From: Hypanus sabinus
Lineage: Eukaryota
Direction: 5' to 3'
Assembly (NCBI RefSeq): GCF_030144855.1
Contig: NC_082717.1
Location: 67,828,001 to 67,892,000, forward strand
Length of the DNA stretch: 64,000 nt
Part shown: positions 1 to 12,936 of the stretch, piece after piece
How the letters are laid out: each line of letters begins with the position of its first letter
How positions within the stretch are numbered: the stretch's first letter is position 1
Translations under genes and position numbers: made by a program
The notes under the pieces: generated by a model
The model's input: the letters and a program-made list of their open reading frames with translations, nothing else
Told to the model about the DNA's origin: nothing
The model's database searches: none

Positions 1-9
1 CCTTTTTTA

Positions 10-337
10 GTGAGTGAAGAAATATTTAGTGTAGATGTCAGAGGTATGTTCTTTACGCAGAGTGCTAAGTACCTGGACTACACTGTTGGAGTTGATGTTA
101 GAGGCTGATAACACTCATTACCCTGCTAAGCTGAAAATAAGCATTTCAGGTTCGGAAGTTACAGATCACCAACCACACATTAGGGGCATTTAAGGGACTC
201 TTATATAGGCACATGGAGCTTTATGGGCTACGTTGGAAGGAGGGGTTAGATTAATCATGGAGTATGTTTGGAGATCAGCACAATATCACAGGCCACGGGC
301 CTGTACTGTGCTGTACTGATCTATGGTTTATGTTCTA
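10..337 (+). mobile_element. CR1 LINE 3' fragment, interrupted by a 67-bp insert at 111-177
   Basis: Degenerate ORF2 C-terminus and typical tail 'gggcctgtactgtgctgtactgatctatggtttatgttcta'. Confidence 0.75.
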
Positions 338-370
338 GATCAGCAGGGACATGGGACATAGGGTTACACC

Positions 371-632
371 CAGGTTTATTATCACCGACGTGTCGTGAAA
401 TTTGTTAACTTAGCAGCAACAATTCAATGCAATACATAATATAGAAGAAAAACAAAATAAAATAATAATAATAAACAAGTAAATTAATTACAGTATATGT
501 ATATTGAATAGATTAAAATTGTGCGAAAAACAAATAATACATATTTTAAAAATTAATCGTGTTCAAGGGTTCAATGTCCATTTGGGAATCGGATGGCAGA
601 GAGGAGGAAGCTGTTCCTAAATCGCTGAGTGT
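371..632 (-). mobile_element. Rex1/Babar-type LINE 3' fragment
   Basis: Closely similar to the 3' part of the copy at 15328-16345 ('gaaatttgttaacttagcagca...aagggttcaatgtccattt...gatggcagag'). Confidence 0.75.
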
Positions 633-3600
633 TTATCTGGGCAGGCAAGGTGGGTGCAGTCCACTGCTGGGGCTAGGCAGCAGCTCAGCAGGTGTTGCCT
701 GCTCAGATCCTGTGGTCTATCTTATCACTTACAGTTCAACATGATGACAATCGCTATCTCCCTCTCTTTATTTGCCCAGTGATTCCTTCACACCCAGAAT
801 TCATACCAAAAGTAATGAGATGGGAGAGTCTATAGCACAGTGCAGAAGGAAAGCCAGGACCTGACAACCTACAGCTCTGAGGAGCCAAAGAGGGACAGAT
901 GTGAGAACCGGGTAGATGCCTGATACTTCATAACTTTTGAAGGATGAACATGTACATCTGCAGAAGCAGGTCAGTTCCAATTCAGAGAAACTGGAACTAG
1001 TTCAAAAATTAGAGCACCCTCAGCTGGAATAAAAAAAAGAGGTAAAAAGCTGAACAAAGTGGGCTGCTGATTGAGTAACTTCTCACTCTAGAGACTGAAA
1101 TAGAATAGAGAGATGCTAAAATAGATACATTAAAATGGCATTATAGTCTTTCTGAACAGTCATTGCTTTTTCAAAATAGTGCATAAAAACAAGTACTGGC
1201 ATCATTTGTGAAGCAGCAAGTTGCTGAAAGACAGGTTGGAACAGATGTAATTTAAGTTTTGGTTTAAGAAGTCGAACTTTCTTTCCCAGACTAAATTAGA
1301 ATAAATGCTCTGATAAAGAAAGCATTTCAGCGAATGAAAAGCACTATTTGAGACATGACAAATCTTTGTCTTTGGGAGAAGAAAGTATTTCACTGAAACA
1401 ATGAGTCGGAGCATACTACAATATACTGTGAGTATAAGCAGAAAATGCTGGAAACCCTCATCTTTCTTGGTGGAGAGAGAAATGGAATTAACATTTCAGC
1501 TTAATGATCCTTCATCAGCTCTAAGCATGTCTGCAGGATTCTCCAAAGATAGGTGTGAGTGTCCTGGAATGAATGAATGTGGATCAAGAATATAAATGAC
1601 CATTTCTTAAGGTACCAAGTTCCACCTTCTCACCGCTGTAAGTAAAGAAACTTATCCTGATTTTCGTTATTAAATTTATCAGTGAATTTATTTATGGTAA
1701 TTATTTTAGCCAAGTCCACAAGATGAAACACTTGTTTAGCTAGATAGAATCTTTAAAAATTCTATCAGTTCATTTATCAGCCTTCCTTTTTGAAGGGAGT
1801 GGGCCCCATCCTGTTTGACATTCCCTCATAATTGTAACTTCTCAGTTGTGGTATTAGCTTTGAATATACATGGGCTGTGTATTGCACCTAGTCCAGTGGT
1901 TCTCTATCAATTTTTATAATATGAAGACTGGTAATATATGCAACACTCCAAGTGACAATATTCTGTTGTTGAACTGAGGCCCTCTTAATGGATTTTTAAA
2001 CATGTTGGATAGGATTCATTGATAGATGCTTGTGCTAAACATGAACATGTCATGACAGCTTCATGTTTTACTCCACTTCTGAATTTCAGCTCCAGTGAAG
2101 CAAGTAGAACCAAATCTCAGAAGCGGTGTGCACAGTGCAGCCATTTCTGTATATGTATCTTTTGAGCAGAAGACCATCTTCTGCAGGGTTGCCACCCTGG
2201 GGTCCATGGTAGTGGTCCCTCAGTTAACGGCATCAAAATGGTTGGGAAACCTTGAGCTGGTGGAGATCGCACTAAAATGCAGACACAATGCCCTAATGCA
2301 ATGGTATCATCTTATCAAGGTAAAATGAGAAGTTTTCACTTCACTGGAACATAAAGTATTACAAAATAAAATCGTGAAAACGCTTAAGAGTTTTAAGGTT
2401 TGGATAGCAGCAAAGAGTTAATTGACGTCAAATGAGGTTTGGGTGATGGCGGATGCAGTTAGTGTTCTTCGCTCCAGCTCCTGCAATTCTTGCCTGATTT
2501 TTAAAAGTAACCCCTTAAAGCCCAGAGCACGATGGAGAGGAAAACTTCAGAATATGTTGACTCTGTGGCATTTGCAGCCTGGATGAGCACGACAGCGTTC
2601 GAGTCAAGTAGAGTTTACTATTATGTGCACAGGTACAGCAAGTTACAAGTACAATTAAAAACTTCCAGCAGCATCACAGACACATTGGTTCAGACAGTAC
2701 ACTAAATATTAGACAAGGCAGAGAAGTGAAAAGACTGTGCAAAACAAGGTATCACAGAGACATAGTCATGGTTTAAATTTCCATCCAAAAAGAATTAGAT
2801 GTCATACTATGTACTCCTGTGGGAGCAATCACAGACTTAGATTAGGCACAAATGGTCCATATCTGTGTTGTGATCTTGAAGACATCTTATAAGTATATTG
2901 ATTAAAATTTCTCTGAATGCAGTAGATGCCAAATAATTTAAATTTGTTTAAGCTAAAATACAGAAGGAATACAAAGATTAAAATTTAATTTTATTTTAGT
3001 TCAGATGCATCCATATTATTACTCCCATAGAAAATTAGTGTTTTATTTTTCTGGATAAAAGCATAACATTTGACTTTCTATTTTGGCTCCACTTCAGTTT
3101 AAATCAGGCAGTTTATTTTCAGAGCACTTGGGAGCCAGGGCTTCTAAGAAATGGCTGGGACTCCTAATGAATGACTAGAGTGTCTCTGTGTTGTAAATGT
3201 CTTCCAGTCTTTTCAGTTAATATATGTGAGTGAGAAAAATAAAACTAAAAGAAAGAAAGCTATTTGAAGAGGGTCATGTCTTAAACGCACATTCCAAAAC
3301 AATATTTCATGAAACCAATCAAGTTAATTTGAAGTTATATTTTTCTAATCTAACTCAGTTCCATCTCCCAATGGATTTTGTTTCGAAAAATATGAATTAG
3401 TACCTTTTTCAAGACATTTTCTGCTCTTACAATTAATGGTCTTTAATATAATAACATGGTGGACTTCACTGATGTAGTGACATTTTCTGTATTTATACTA
3501 GATGAGCTCATCTCAAAATCAATAATGTAAAAAGTTGAGTGCTTTAAAATTCTAAACGCTACGTGTCCAAGAAACTTTCTCCTTGCCCCATTTCAATATA

Positions 3601-4389
3601 CAGTTTCAAGATCAACCAATGCTTCTACATTTTAAGGAGCATCACTACTTTAGTCAATTCCCTGTTTGCCATTAGTAGCTCTTCCTTTTGCTGCCCATAC
3701 CCAAAATTCTGGAATTCCCTTTTAAGTTCCCTTCAAGGTAGTCCTAAATTCACTTATCTGATCAGATATTGATAAGTTCCTCCTGTAAAACATTTGAGTT
3801 GTTTTACTGAAGGTCGTTCATGAATGCAACTGTTGTTATGTACAAAGATTCTAATTTTGGCAAGTACATGCAAATAAAAGGCATCAAGCACCTTAAAATG
3901 CGAGATCATGATGTTTAATACATTACCAATCAAACACAGCTGTGACATCTGATAATTTCTTTTAAAAATTTGCTAAAATAAACTCATCCAGGATATTCCA
4001 GGAGAAGATTCCATTTAAAAACTCCGCATTGTGATTTATCATTGCATCAATAGAAGGCATTCCAATGACTGACTACGTCCCATTACTTTACAGCCCAGCT
4101 AATGATTTCTCCTCAAGATTCTATCTAATTTACCTTATAAGTGTCCTTGCTCACTCTTTCCATTAGCTTTGAAGATATCCAGTTCTGGAGCATAATCTTT
4201 TTCCTCTCATTTTCACTCACTTTTCTCACCCACCTGAACTTTTTCTTTTTCACATTAAATCCAGTTCTTCAAATATCCTGGAATATCTCTATGTTCCACC
4301 ATGAAGTTGTTCCCTGAAAGTACCCTCTTGACATCCTCTTTTTTTTTGTGAAGAAATAAAAAGAGCCACTTCTTCAGCCAGATTCTTTA

Positions 4390-4713
4390 TCCCTGTGTCA
4401 AAATGACTAATACTAGAGGGCATTCATTTAAGATGAGAGGAAGTAAATTCAAATGACATTTTAGGGCATGTTATTTTGTTACCCTAAGAGTGGTGAGTGC
4501 TGGGAATGGACTGCCAGGTGGCAATAGTGGAGGCAAATACAATGAAGACATTTAAAAGACTCTTAGACAGACAGATGATTGTGCAGATAATGCAGGTGTA
4601 GGTGGAAAGTATTAATTCAGTTAGGTTTTTAATTACTGGTTTAATTAGTTCAGCACAATATCATGGACCAAAGGGTCTGTTCCTGTGTTGTACTCTTCAA
4701 TATGATATGTTCA
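4390..4713 (+). mobile_element. CR1 LINE 3' fragment
   Basis: Degenerate TRGH...RVVSAWNGLP...FKRLLD coding remnant plus CR1 tail. Confidence 0.75.
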
Positions 4714-6346
4714 TGAATCTGAAATTGCATTGCCCTAGAACATTCTAGTAAGTATTTTCTGAAACCCCTCCTAGCTTTTCACAACCTTACATCCAATGAA
4801 GTCTTTCAATTCTGTATATCAGGTATTGAAAACTTGCTTATGCATTTGTTTGGTTTATACTTTATGAAAAGCAGGTTGAAAAATAGTATGGTGAAAAACA
4901 AGTAGCAACAGAACACATTTTCAAGTAATTGTTGCTTATAATCTCTAAAGTAATATATAAATAACCCTACCTTTATTGGGGGAACTTTTTGCAGATCAGC
5001 AAAATCTGAAATTATTTAGACCTAACTTTAAGAAGAGAGTTTACCCTTTGAACTAAATTCTGCTCCACTTCCGAAGTCTTTGCTTTCAATTGGACAGGAC
5101 ACTCAAGATTTGGCCTATGACCCTTCACAATTATAGCAGTTATTGGCCAATTGAGTTGTGAATCAATCCCAGTCCCAGTGATGCAAACAAAAGAGGTCAT
5201 TCCTGTGTTATATAAGATTTTTCTTTAAAGTGATATCGTACATTGGAAACAAAAATATTTTGGATAATTCTTTTGGTCTTGGAAATTCCATGCCTTCTAA
5301 ATTTAGCACAATAACATTGTGGTATAATCCAGAATGAAGTAAGTACTAAAATAGTTAAACAGAGAGCAGGTTACTAGCCTAGGTTTATCGTTAATCAGAT
5401 ATTGAAGATTAATGAATGATCTATTTGAGATGTCTGAGATTATTAAAAGATCAGTGTCTTCCTCTGATGTGGGAGCCTGTAACGCAGAGTATAACTTTAC
5501 ACTAATATCTAGGTCATTCCAGTGGAAAATCAGGCAACTCTCCTTCTATGACCCCATTATTGGAAACCTGGAGCTCTCATCCAAAAAAAAAGTTAGTAGG
5601 TTATAGCTCAATGGAAGGTTTCAGAAATGAGGTCATGTATTAGGCAAGGCTATTCTGGAAACAGTTAACCAATGGAATTAAGATACAGATTGGCTATAAC
5701 TAATTGAATAGTGGGGCAGCATAAACTGCTGAATGTCCTACTCCCGTTTCCAAATTATGTCCAAAAAGCGAACAATGATTTCCATTTATAATATCTCTTT
5801 TCAAGATGGCCCAAAGTAACTTGCAGCCACAGAGGTCCTTTCTGAAAGCTGAACAGCTATGCTGTAGCAAGTAGAACAGCCAATCTGTACAGTGCAAGCT
5901 TCCAAAGACAGCATTACGATGACATCCAGATGACCTTTACCCTTTCATCAATCTGATCACACTTTAAGTGCAAGTTTATTTATTTTTAATATTTTTTAAA
6001 ACAGCAATGCACTCTTTCGACATATACACATTTATATAATATAAATTAATGTTGTATTCTTAGTATGTAGTTTTAAAATGATGGACTAAAATAACTAGCA
6101 TCACTTGCTAGACAATTGAGTTACTCCATGCAGTAGGAGTACTGAAGGCACCAACATGATTATTAAAAATATATTTTTCTAATCTGGGAGACATGTCTTT
6201 TGAGAGAATTGGTTAAGGGTAGACAAGGAAAAGGAAAACCGGTCACTCCTCAGGCAGTATAATTTCTCAATTTAAAGCAAGATAGACTAATTCAAAGTTT
6301 ATTTTAAAAATTTCACTCTAAAATGTTGTTTCTATTAATAGAAATG

Positions 6347-7564
6347 TTCTTTCTTTCTTTCTTTCTTTCTTTCTAAATCTTTTTATTAATATTAGTAATA
6401 TGGACAGAATACAGATGATATATTGATAAAGAAATTACCAACATACACATTCCATTACATATGAAAAAAAACATACATAATAGTTACAATATAAATGAGT
6501 TTACCAAGACATAAGCCATAAGATATATGTATGGACATAGTAAATCTAAATATTTCATAATGTATAATATAAAAAAAACAGAAAAAAGAAAGAAAAAAAC
6601 AAAAAAAAATTATATAATGCAGAACTAGCTAATCTAATCTAATAACTATAACTAATAAGTAATATAAAAGAAAAAAAACAAAAGAGAAGGGAAAAAAAAA
6701 CGGGCTGTTTATAATATCTCACAAAAATAAGTATTCATCAATGCCGTCACTTCCGGTCCTCTCAAAATACATAAGCTGAAAGCTGGGAAATCAAATGAAC
6801 TTGGCACAGGGTCATATTACATCATATGAAAATGTTGAATAAATGGTCTCCATAACTTTTCAAATTTAATAGAAGTCTCAAAAGTACCACTTCTAATTTT
6901 TTCTAAATTTAAACATAACATAGTTTGAGAGAACCAATTAAATACAGTGGGAGGATTAATTTCTTTCCAATTCAACAATATAGATCTTCTAGCCATCAGA
7001 GTTAGAAATGCAATCATTCGACAGGCAGAAGAAGATAAATGCAGTGAATCTAACATTGGTAAACCAAAAATTGCGGTAATAGGATGAGGTGGTAAATCAA
7101 TATTCAAAACCGCAGAAATAATATCAAAAATATCTTTCCAGTATTTCTCCAAAAATGAACACGACCAAAACATGTGAGTTAAAGACGCAATTTCAGAATG
7201 ACATCTATCACAAATAGGACTTATATGAGAGTAAAAATGAGCTAATTTATCCTTGGACATATGGGCCCTATGTACGACCTTAAATTGTATTAGTGAATGT
7301 TTGGCACATAACGATGATGTATTAACTAATTGAAGAATTCTATCCCAATTCTCACTAGAAATACTAAAACTAAGCTCTCTTTCCCAATCCTGTTTAGTCT
7401 TATAAAGAGGCTCTGAACGTATCTTCATAATTATATTATAAAGTTTTGAAATAAGCCCTTTTTGAAAAGGGTCTAATTCAAATAAACTCTCCAAAGTATC
7501 TGAAGGCACAAAATTTGGAAACGTAGAGAGTACAGAACTTAAAAAATGTCTAATCTGTAAATAT
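6347..7564 (-). mobile_element. 5'-truncated L1-clade LINE with 3'UTR, AATAAA and (AAAG)n tail
   Basis: ORF2 C-terminal region; minus strand ends 'aataaaaagatttag(aaag)n' at 6347-6390. Confidence 0.9.
6817..7563 (-). CDS. L1 ORF2 C-terminal fragment (zf-RVT, CCHC), partial
   Basis: Open frame YLQIRHF...QFKVVHR...CDRCHSEIASLTHMFWSC...W; truncated at the 5' end. Confidence 0.85.
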   Translation of the reverse strand, partial: YLQIRHFLSSVLSTFPNFVPSDTLESLFELDPFQKGLISKLYNIIMKIRSEPLYKTKQDWERELSFSISSENWDRILQLVNTSSLCAKHSLIQFKVVHRAHMSKDKLAHFYSHISPICDRCHSEIASLTHMFWSCSFLEKYWKDIFDIISAVLNIDLPPHPITAIFGLPMLDSLHLSSSACRMIAFLTLMARRSILLNWKEINPPTVFNWFSQTMLCLNLEKIRSGTFETSIKFEKLWRPFIQHFHMM

Positions 7565-7788
7565 ACTTTAAGTGCAAGTTACTTCACTGGAAAGATATCC
7601 TTCTGTTCTTCGAGCTATGCCGTGAGATTGTTCACTCCCACCTCAGAAAGCCGATGGACCTCCGTTAAACATCTCACCTAAGATGCAACATTTTCAAAAC
7701 TATATAGCATTCCTTCAGTACTAGAAAACTGGCCTCAAGGTCCGTAATTATGCTGTTGAAGTTGAGCTTAAACCAACAGTCTTCCGCT

Positions 7789-7910
7789 TTCAAGATATTA
7801 ACATCACTCAAGTTCATTTGAAATTTATCCTGGTTAAACAGGCAAAATTTCCAAAAAATGATAATGTAGTGTAACTAAAGACTACTTTTCCTATTTCTCA
7901 TGTACCTACA
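7789..7910. repeat. 122-bp dispersed duplication, copy 1 (copy 2 at 9989-10110)
   Basis: Direct alignment with about 7 mismatches and no gaps; 2200 bp apart. Confidence 0.95.
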
Positions 7911-8459
7911 GTTATTTTCCAATTGCCAATATGAGGCAAGTAAAAACTATTACTAGAACTATTTAGATTAAAGTACAAAATGCTTAACAATATTCCACAT
8001 TTCTAGAGAACTCTCTGATTTATAAGCAGTTTGAATGCTAAAATGACAGGTTCGCTGAACAATTCTGTTCCAGAACAGAAGATAGATTTCACTTGGTTAC
8101 ATTAATACATACAAAATGGGGAAAAAAAACAATATATGTACGCACAAGATATACAACAAATGTTAATTAAATTCCTAAACAAACATTTCTGGAGCCATAA
8201 TATGCTTTGCTATTGGAACATTAGGAGTTGATGATCAGAAGGAAAAGTCTGCATTTATAGAAAGCATAACTGTGATGTACAGCCGTAAAATTGAACTTAA
8301 AGTAAAATGTTTCAATTTGACACTCACATACTGACACGGTAATTGGCATATCTGAGGAAATATTTTCTTAGACAATTATGACACCATACAGGAAACATGA
8401 GTGAAAATAAGCTTTTTAAACTCACAATCTGACAGAATTACATTGAATTGATGGGAGTA

Positions 8460-8670
8460 TCAGCTTTGGTAGAGAGGGAAGTATTCTGAATCAGAAGGTT
8501 ACAGTCCAGTGCCAGACAAAACTGTTGGAGGTGCTAGGTAAAACATTAAATCAAGGCCCCTGCCCTTTCAGGTGAACATTAAAGATCAATTGACTTTATT
8601 CTGGAGAACAGAGAAGTTATACCAGTGTCTTGGTCAATGTTTAATGCATAGTCAATATTAATGAGACTGT
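8460..8670 (+). mobile_element. SacSINE1/Deu-SINE-like SINE, degenerate
   Basis: 'ctgaatcagaaggtt...aacattaaatcaaggcccctgccctttcaggtgaacattaaagatc' core. Confidence 0.55.
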
Positions 8671-9403
8671 TTAGGCCAGAAGTTCATTTGTAAGGAGCTG
8701 AAGAGTTTTTCCAGCACTCTGAAAATTACGTTTCTGGAGGGGGATGTAAAAGCAATCACTTATGTGGGCAAAAAGAATATTGCAGCGAGTAATACAGTTG
8801 TCTCTTCATTCTGGAAAATGTAGGTTTAATCCTCTTTGTTGTCTATCTGGAATTTTCATGTTCTGTCTGAAACTGCCTGGGTTTTCCCTTCAGTTCTCTG
8901 ACTTACACCAACAACCCAAACACACGCTGACTGAGCAGTTGGCTCTGTGAGTGACTTTCTGTGCAAGGAGGAGCAGGAAATTAGGGTGGAGTTGGTGAGC
9001 AGAGAATTCTGGGAAATATGTGATGCCTGAGATTGATGGTAATACTCTGAAAGGGAAACTGGACTGGCTAGCTTAAATGGCCTCCATTTATGCTGTAATA
9101 AAATTTAAAGATTTCTGCACCAGGCACTATTGGCAATATCAGTTCTTTCCTGATCTTGTATGCAGAAAATTGCACTTCATTGTTCCAAAGGGTTCCTGTC
9201 ATTGGGAATCCTGGAACAACCATGGGGATCCAATCCAGCTAAATCTAATTAAGTTACCACATGATCTCCTTGGCACCAACCCAATGCACTAGCTTTGACT
9301 CTGGCGCTCTTGATAATGTACTCTATCCCCCAGATTTGGCCCAGGCTCTGAATCCTGTTGTCTCTATGCAACTACATATCAATTAACTAAAAGTACATAT
9401 GTG

Positions 9404-12270
9404 TGATATGGCTTCAACTGGTGTATTCACACTTCAGTGAGAGAAAGAGAAAGAGCAATACGCAAGCGAGGGCAACAGATCATATGTAGTGCTAAGGGGA
9501 GTCATTGTTCTAAAAGAAATAAATCCATGCATTACACTTCCTACCCCTTTAGATTAATATAACATAAAACTGTATATGTATAACACATTCAATTGCCCTT
9601 TTACCAACCATATTTGAATAAACATGCTTTTATAGTAACGGTCCATGACTAACTTCAGTCTTTTGGGTAATGCTCTGTTTCTTTCAGAATAGCGCCTCTA
9701 GACGTGTGGCGTGACATCAGGTTTGGTGGGTGCCTTGTCAAAGACAACATTCTCGGTTGCCGATGTCATGTTGCTGTTAGAGGCACGACTGTCTCTGAGA
9801 GGTAAGTCCAGTGGTTGTAATGTGTCCGTCTTGTTGGATGCATTCGACTCAGGTGTGTACTTCGGCTGAGCATCCAGTGTCTGGTCCACATGACGTCACC
9901 CTGTCTAATCTCCAACATCCACTGTGTACATCAATGGTCCAGTTCTTGTACCTACTAACTCCTCAAGTCACATCTCCTCTCTTCATTCTTCAAGATATTA
10001 ACATTGCTCAAGTTAATTTGAAATTTATCTCAGTTAAACAGGCAAAATTTCCAAAAAATGATAATGTAGTGTAACTAAAGACTACTTTTCCTATTTCTCA
10101 CGTACCTACATGGCCAAAGCCCACAAAAACCCAACAGCTTTCATACAGACAAGAAAGAATAACGTCTCTCTCATTGGTTAAAGTCCTATTATCACTAGTC
10201 ATAACACAAACATAGCAGCTACGTGAGAAACCATTACATCAGCAATTAACAGTACAGGGAAGTCATTACATAAATGAGCTGATTGTGGATTACAGGAGGA
10301 ATGGAGGCGGACTAACCCCTATTTACATCAATGGATCTGGGGTTGAGAGGGTGAACAGCTTTAAGTTCCTCAGCATACACATCACCGAGGAACTCACATG
10401 GCCTGTACATACCGGCTGTGTGGTGAAAAAAGCACAATAGTGCCTCTTTCACCTCAGATGGTTGAAAACCTTTGGTATGAGACCCAAATCCTAAGGACTT
10501 TCTACAGGTGCACAATTGAGAACATCCTGACTGGATGCATCACTGCCCGGTATGGGACCTGTACTTCCCTCAGTCGCAGGACTCAGCAGAGAGTAGTGCA
10601 TCTATAGATGTGAACTTCTCACTTCTCAGGACATTTACAGAGACAGGTATGTAAAAAGGGCCTGAAGGATCATTGGGGACCTGAGTCACCCTAACCACAA
10701 ATTGTTCCAGCTGCTACCTTCTGGAAAATGGTACCACAGCATAAAAGCCAGGACCAACAGGCTCCAGGACAGCTTTTTCCACCAGCCCATCAGACTGATT
10801 AATTCATGCTGATACAACTGTATTTCTATGTTATATTGACTGTCCTGTTGTACATACTATTTATTATAAATTATTATAAATTGCACATTGCACATTTAGA
10901 TGGAGACATAACATAAAGATTTTTACTCCTCATGTATATGAAGGGTGTAAGTAATAAAGTCAATTCAATTCAATTCAATTCAATTCAAATTATCAACAAA
11001 GCTGACCTTGCATCAAGCTCCATTTTCAGTTTTACACCAGACTCACCTTTTGTGTTCCATATGATTTTGTGATCTGCTTTAGTAATACTATGCAGTTCTA
11101 GGCATGACATCTCACTTTTGTCTGACTCAGTGTTGTCTGTTTCTGTTGCATATTTGGTCATTTTATGCACTTGCTTAGTTTAGTGTTTGAAATTTTTCAC
11201 TCGGTTGTGTTTCTTTTCTGCATTGCACACTTTATGTGACCTTGTCTTTGACACTTTCTGCAAGCTTTTTTATCTGAACCAATAGTCATGGGAGGATTTG
11301 CCTCATCAATAACAATTTTTGGCTTTTTACACCATTCAGGTACATTTTGTGCATTTCACATTCTAGACTCTTTTTCTGTAGTTCTGCTGCATCCTTTGCT
11401 GCAGTCTCTAACAATATTGCAAAGGTCACTGCCCATTCCAAGCTTAGGTCTCTTTCAAACAGTAGCTTCCTTTGAGTGCTTTGACTAAGCATGCTACATA
11501 CAAGCCTGTCCCTCGATCCATCAGGAAGTCCATCTCTAAGGTCACAGTATTGTGAGAGTTTGCATAGTTCTTCAATGTATTCAGAAATGTTTTCATCGTT
11601 TGACTGATCTCTTTTGTAAAATCTAAATCTCTCAGTTATTACCAGTGGTTAGGTGATTTTGTATAATTGTCACAATTTCATTGACCGTCTTGCTTGCTGG
11701 CTTTTCAGGAGTTACTAAGTTGTGTAAGAGACTGTATGTCCTAGTGCCCACTAAGCTAAGAATTGTGAGGGCTTTCTTTTCCTCATCAACATTGTTCACA
11801 CCACAATACAGTTCAACCCTCTTGCCTTACGACTTTCAGCCTTCTTTAGCACTTTTGCATTAATCAGCTTTCCCCGACTAAAGCCATCGCCACATTATTT
11901 TCACTTTACCCTTGCCAGCTGCACGCATTTCACTGTGTACTTTGCAGTTCCTCAAGCATCCTTTTGTTAGCGTCTGTGATGGTCTACTCCGCACTGTTTC
12001 CTTTCACTGCCTTGTCCCGTAATCATCCTACAGCTGTCGGTGCAGTTGGTGATATTCTCTGACATTCACGTTTGTACTTATTGCCAATTTGTTGATTGTG
12101 GACTGATGTATTCACATTACAGTGAGAGAGAGAGAGAGAGAGAGAAAGAGTGAGGGAGAGAAAGCATTGCACATATATAGACAACAGATCAATACTCATA
12201 CGTTGTCAGTAGTCCATACGTAGTGCTAAGGGGAGTCATTGCTTTAAAAGAAATAGATCCATATATTACA
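9404..12270 (-). mobile_element. Degenerate, internally deleted Gypsy LTR retrotransposon
   Basis: Related LTRs ~9404-9536 and 12090-12270 (both end 'attaca'); PPT at 9537-9550; PBS-like 'aattggcaataag' at 12077-12089; gag remnant 11290-11890 (LSLVGTRTYSLLHNLVTPEKP, ERFRFYKR, TQRKLL); protease start KMELDARSA near 11000; integrase tail RTGPLMYTV...RHVDQ near 9880-9950. Confidence 0.85.
10271..10987 (+). mobile_element. Rex1/Babar-type LINE 3' portion nested in the Gypsy element
   Basis: ELIVDYR...FKFL...FYRCTIENILTGCITA motifs; (CAATT)n tail 10961-10987. Confidence 0.85.
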
Positions 12271-12936
12271 GAGTCCAAGTTCTCTTCCACACTACACACA
12301 TATGGCATTGTAGACTCATTTCAAAAGCTATCCTTGATTTTTACTGAAGTGCAGTTTCTGAGAATGTGACATATGTACATTGCCTGCTGTTCTTATGTTT
12401 CTGTGTCATCTCATTAAAATGCACTGAGTTATGAAATACAGACACTTTTCCTTTTAGAACACTTAGCTTCTTCAGCCTGCTTTGCCATTTAATGAGGCAA
12501 TGGCTGATCTGTGATCTAACTCCTCTTATACATCTTTGTCCCATATCTTTACTTAAGATAAATTGATTAATCTCAAACTAGTAATTAACAATTGACCTCA
12601 CATTAATTGGCGTTGATGGAAGAGATTTTTAGACGCCTGTACTAGTGGTTTGCAGTAAGTTCCACTCTAGTGGGTGATGAAGTTTCTCTGAGATCCTTGT
12701 TGGAATAGTTTGTTAGAAACCATTAGAAATAATGGTTGAATTATTTTCAGTGTTGGATGTTTTTAGCTTCTGCTTTATCTTTTAACTCTTAACATTTGCA
12801 GTTGTTCAAGAAGGCAAGTTCTGGAAGCTTCCCGAAATGGATTCAATAACTTGGTAAACCTGGTTTCTGTCTTACTTAGGTTCATGGCCTCGTTTTGCTC
12901 TTTGGAGGAATGCAGGTCTCATGGGAAGAGCAGACC

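Larger units (their letters stand above)
5860..7800 (-). mobile_element. SacSINE1/Deu-SINE-like SINE split by an L1 insertion (halves ~5860-5976 and 7565-7800)
   Basis: Halves join collinearly across the duplicated 16-mer and resemble the reverse complement of the copies at 8460 and 48305; family name is from recall. Confidence 0.6.

Noticed and set aside
5012-5200. Faint resemblance of this ORF and 47194-47353 to the PKD1L1 N-terminus
   Set aside because: Only scattered residue matches from memory; the frame stops where homology should continue and no PKD/REJ exons were found.
9688-9806. Plus-strand AG...GTAAGT exon-like segment
   Set aside because: Lies antisense within the Gypsy pol tail; no evidence of use.
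9395-12280. TSD for the first Gypsy element
   Set aside because: No convincing 4-6 bp duplication at the LTR ends.
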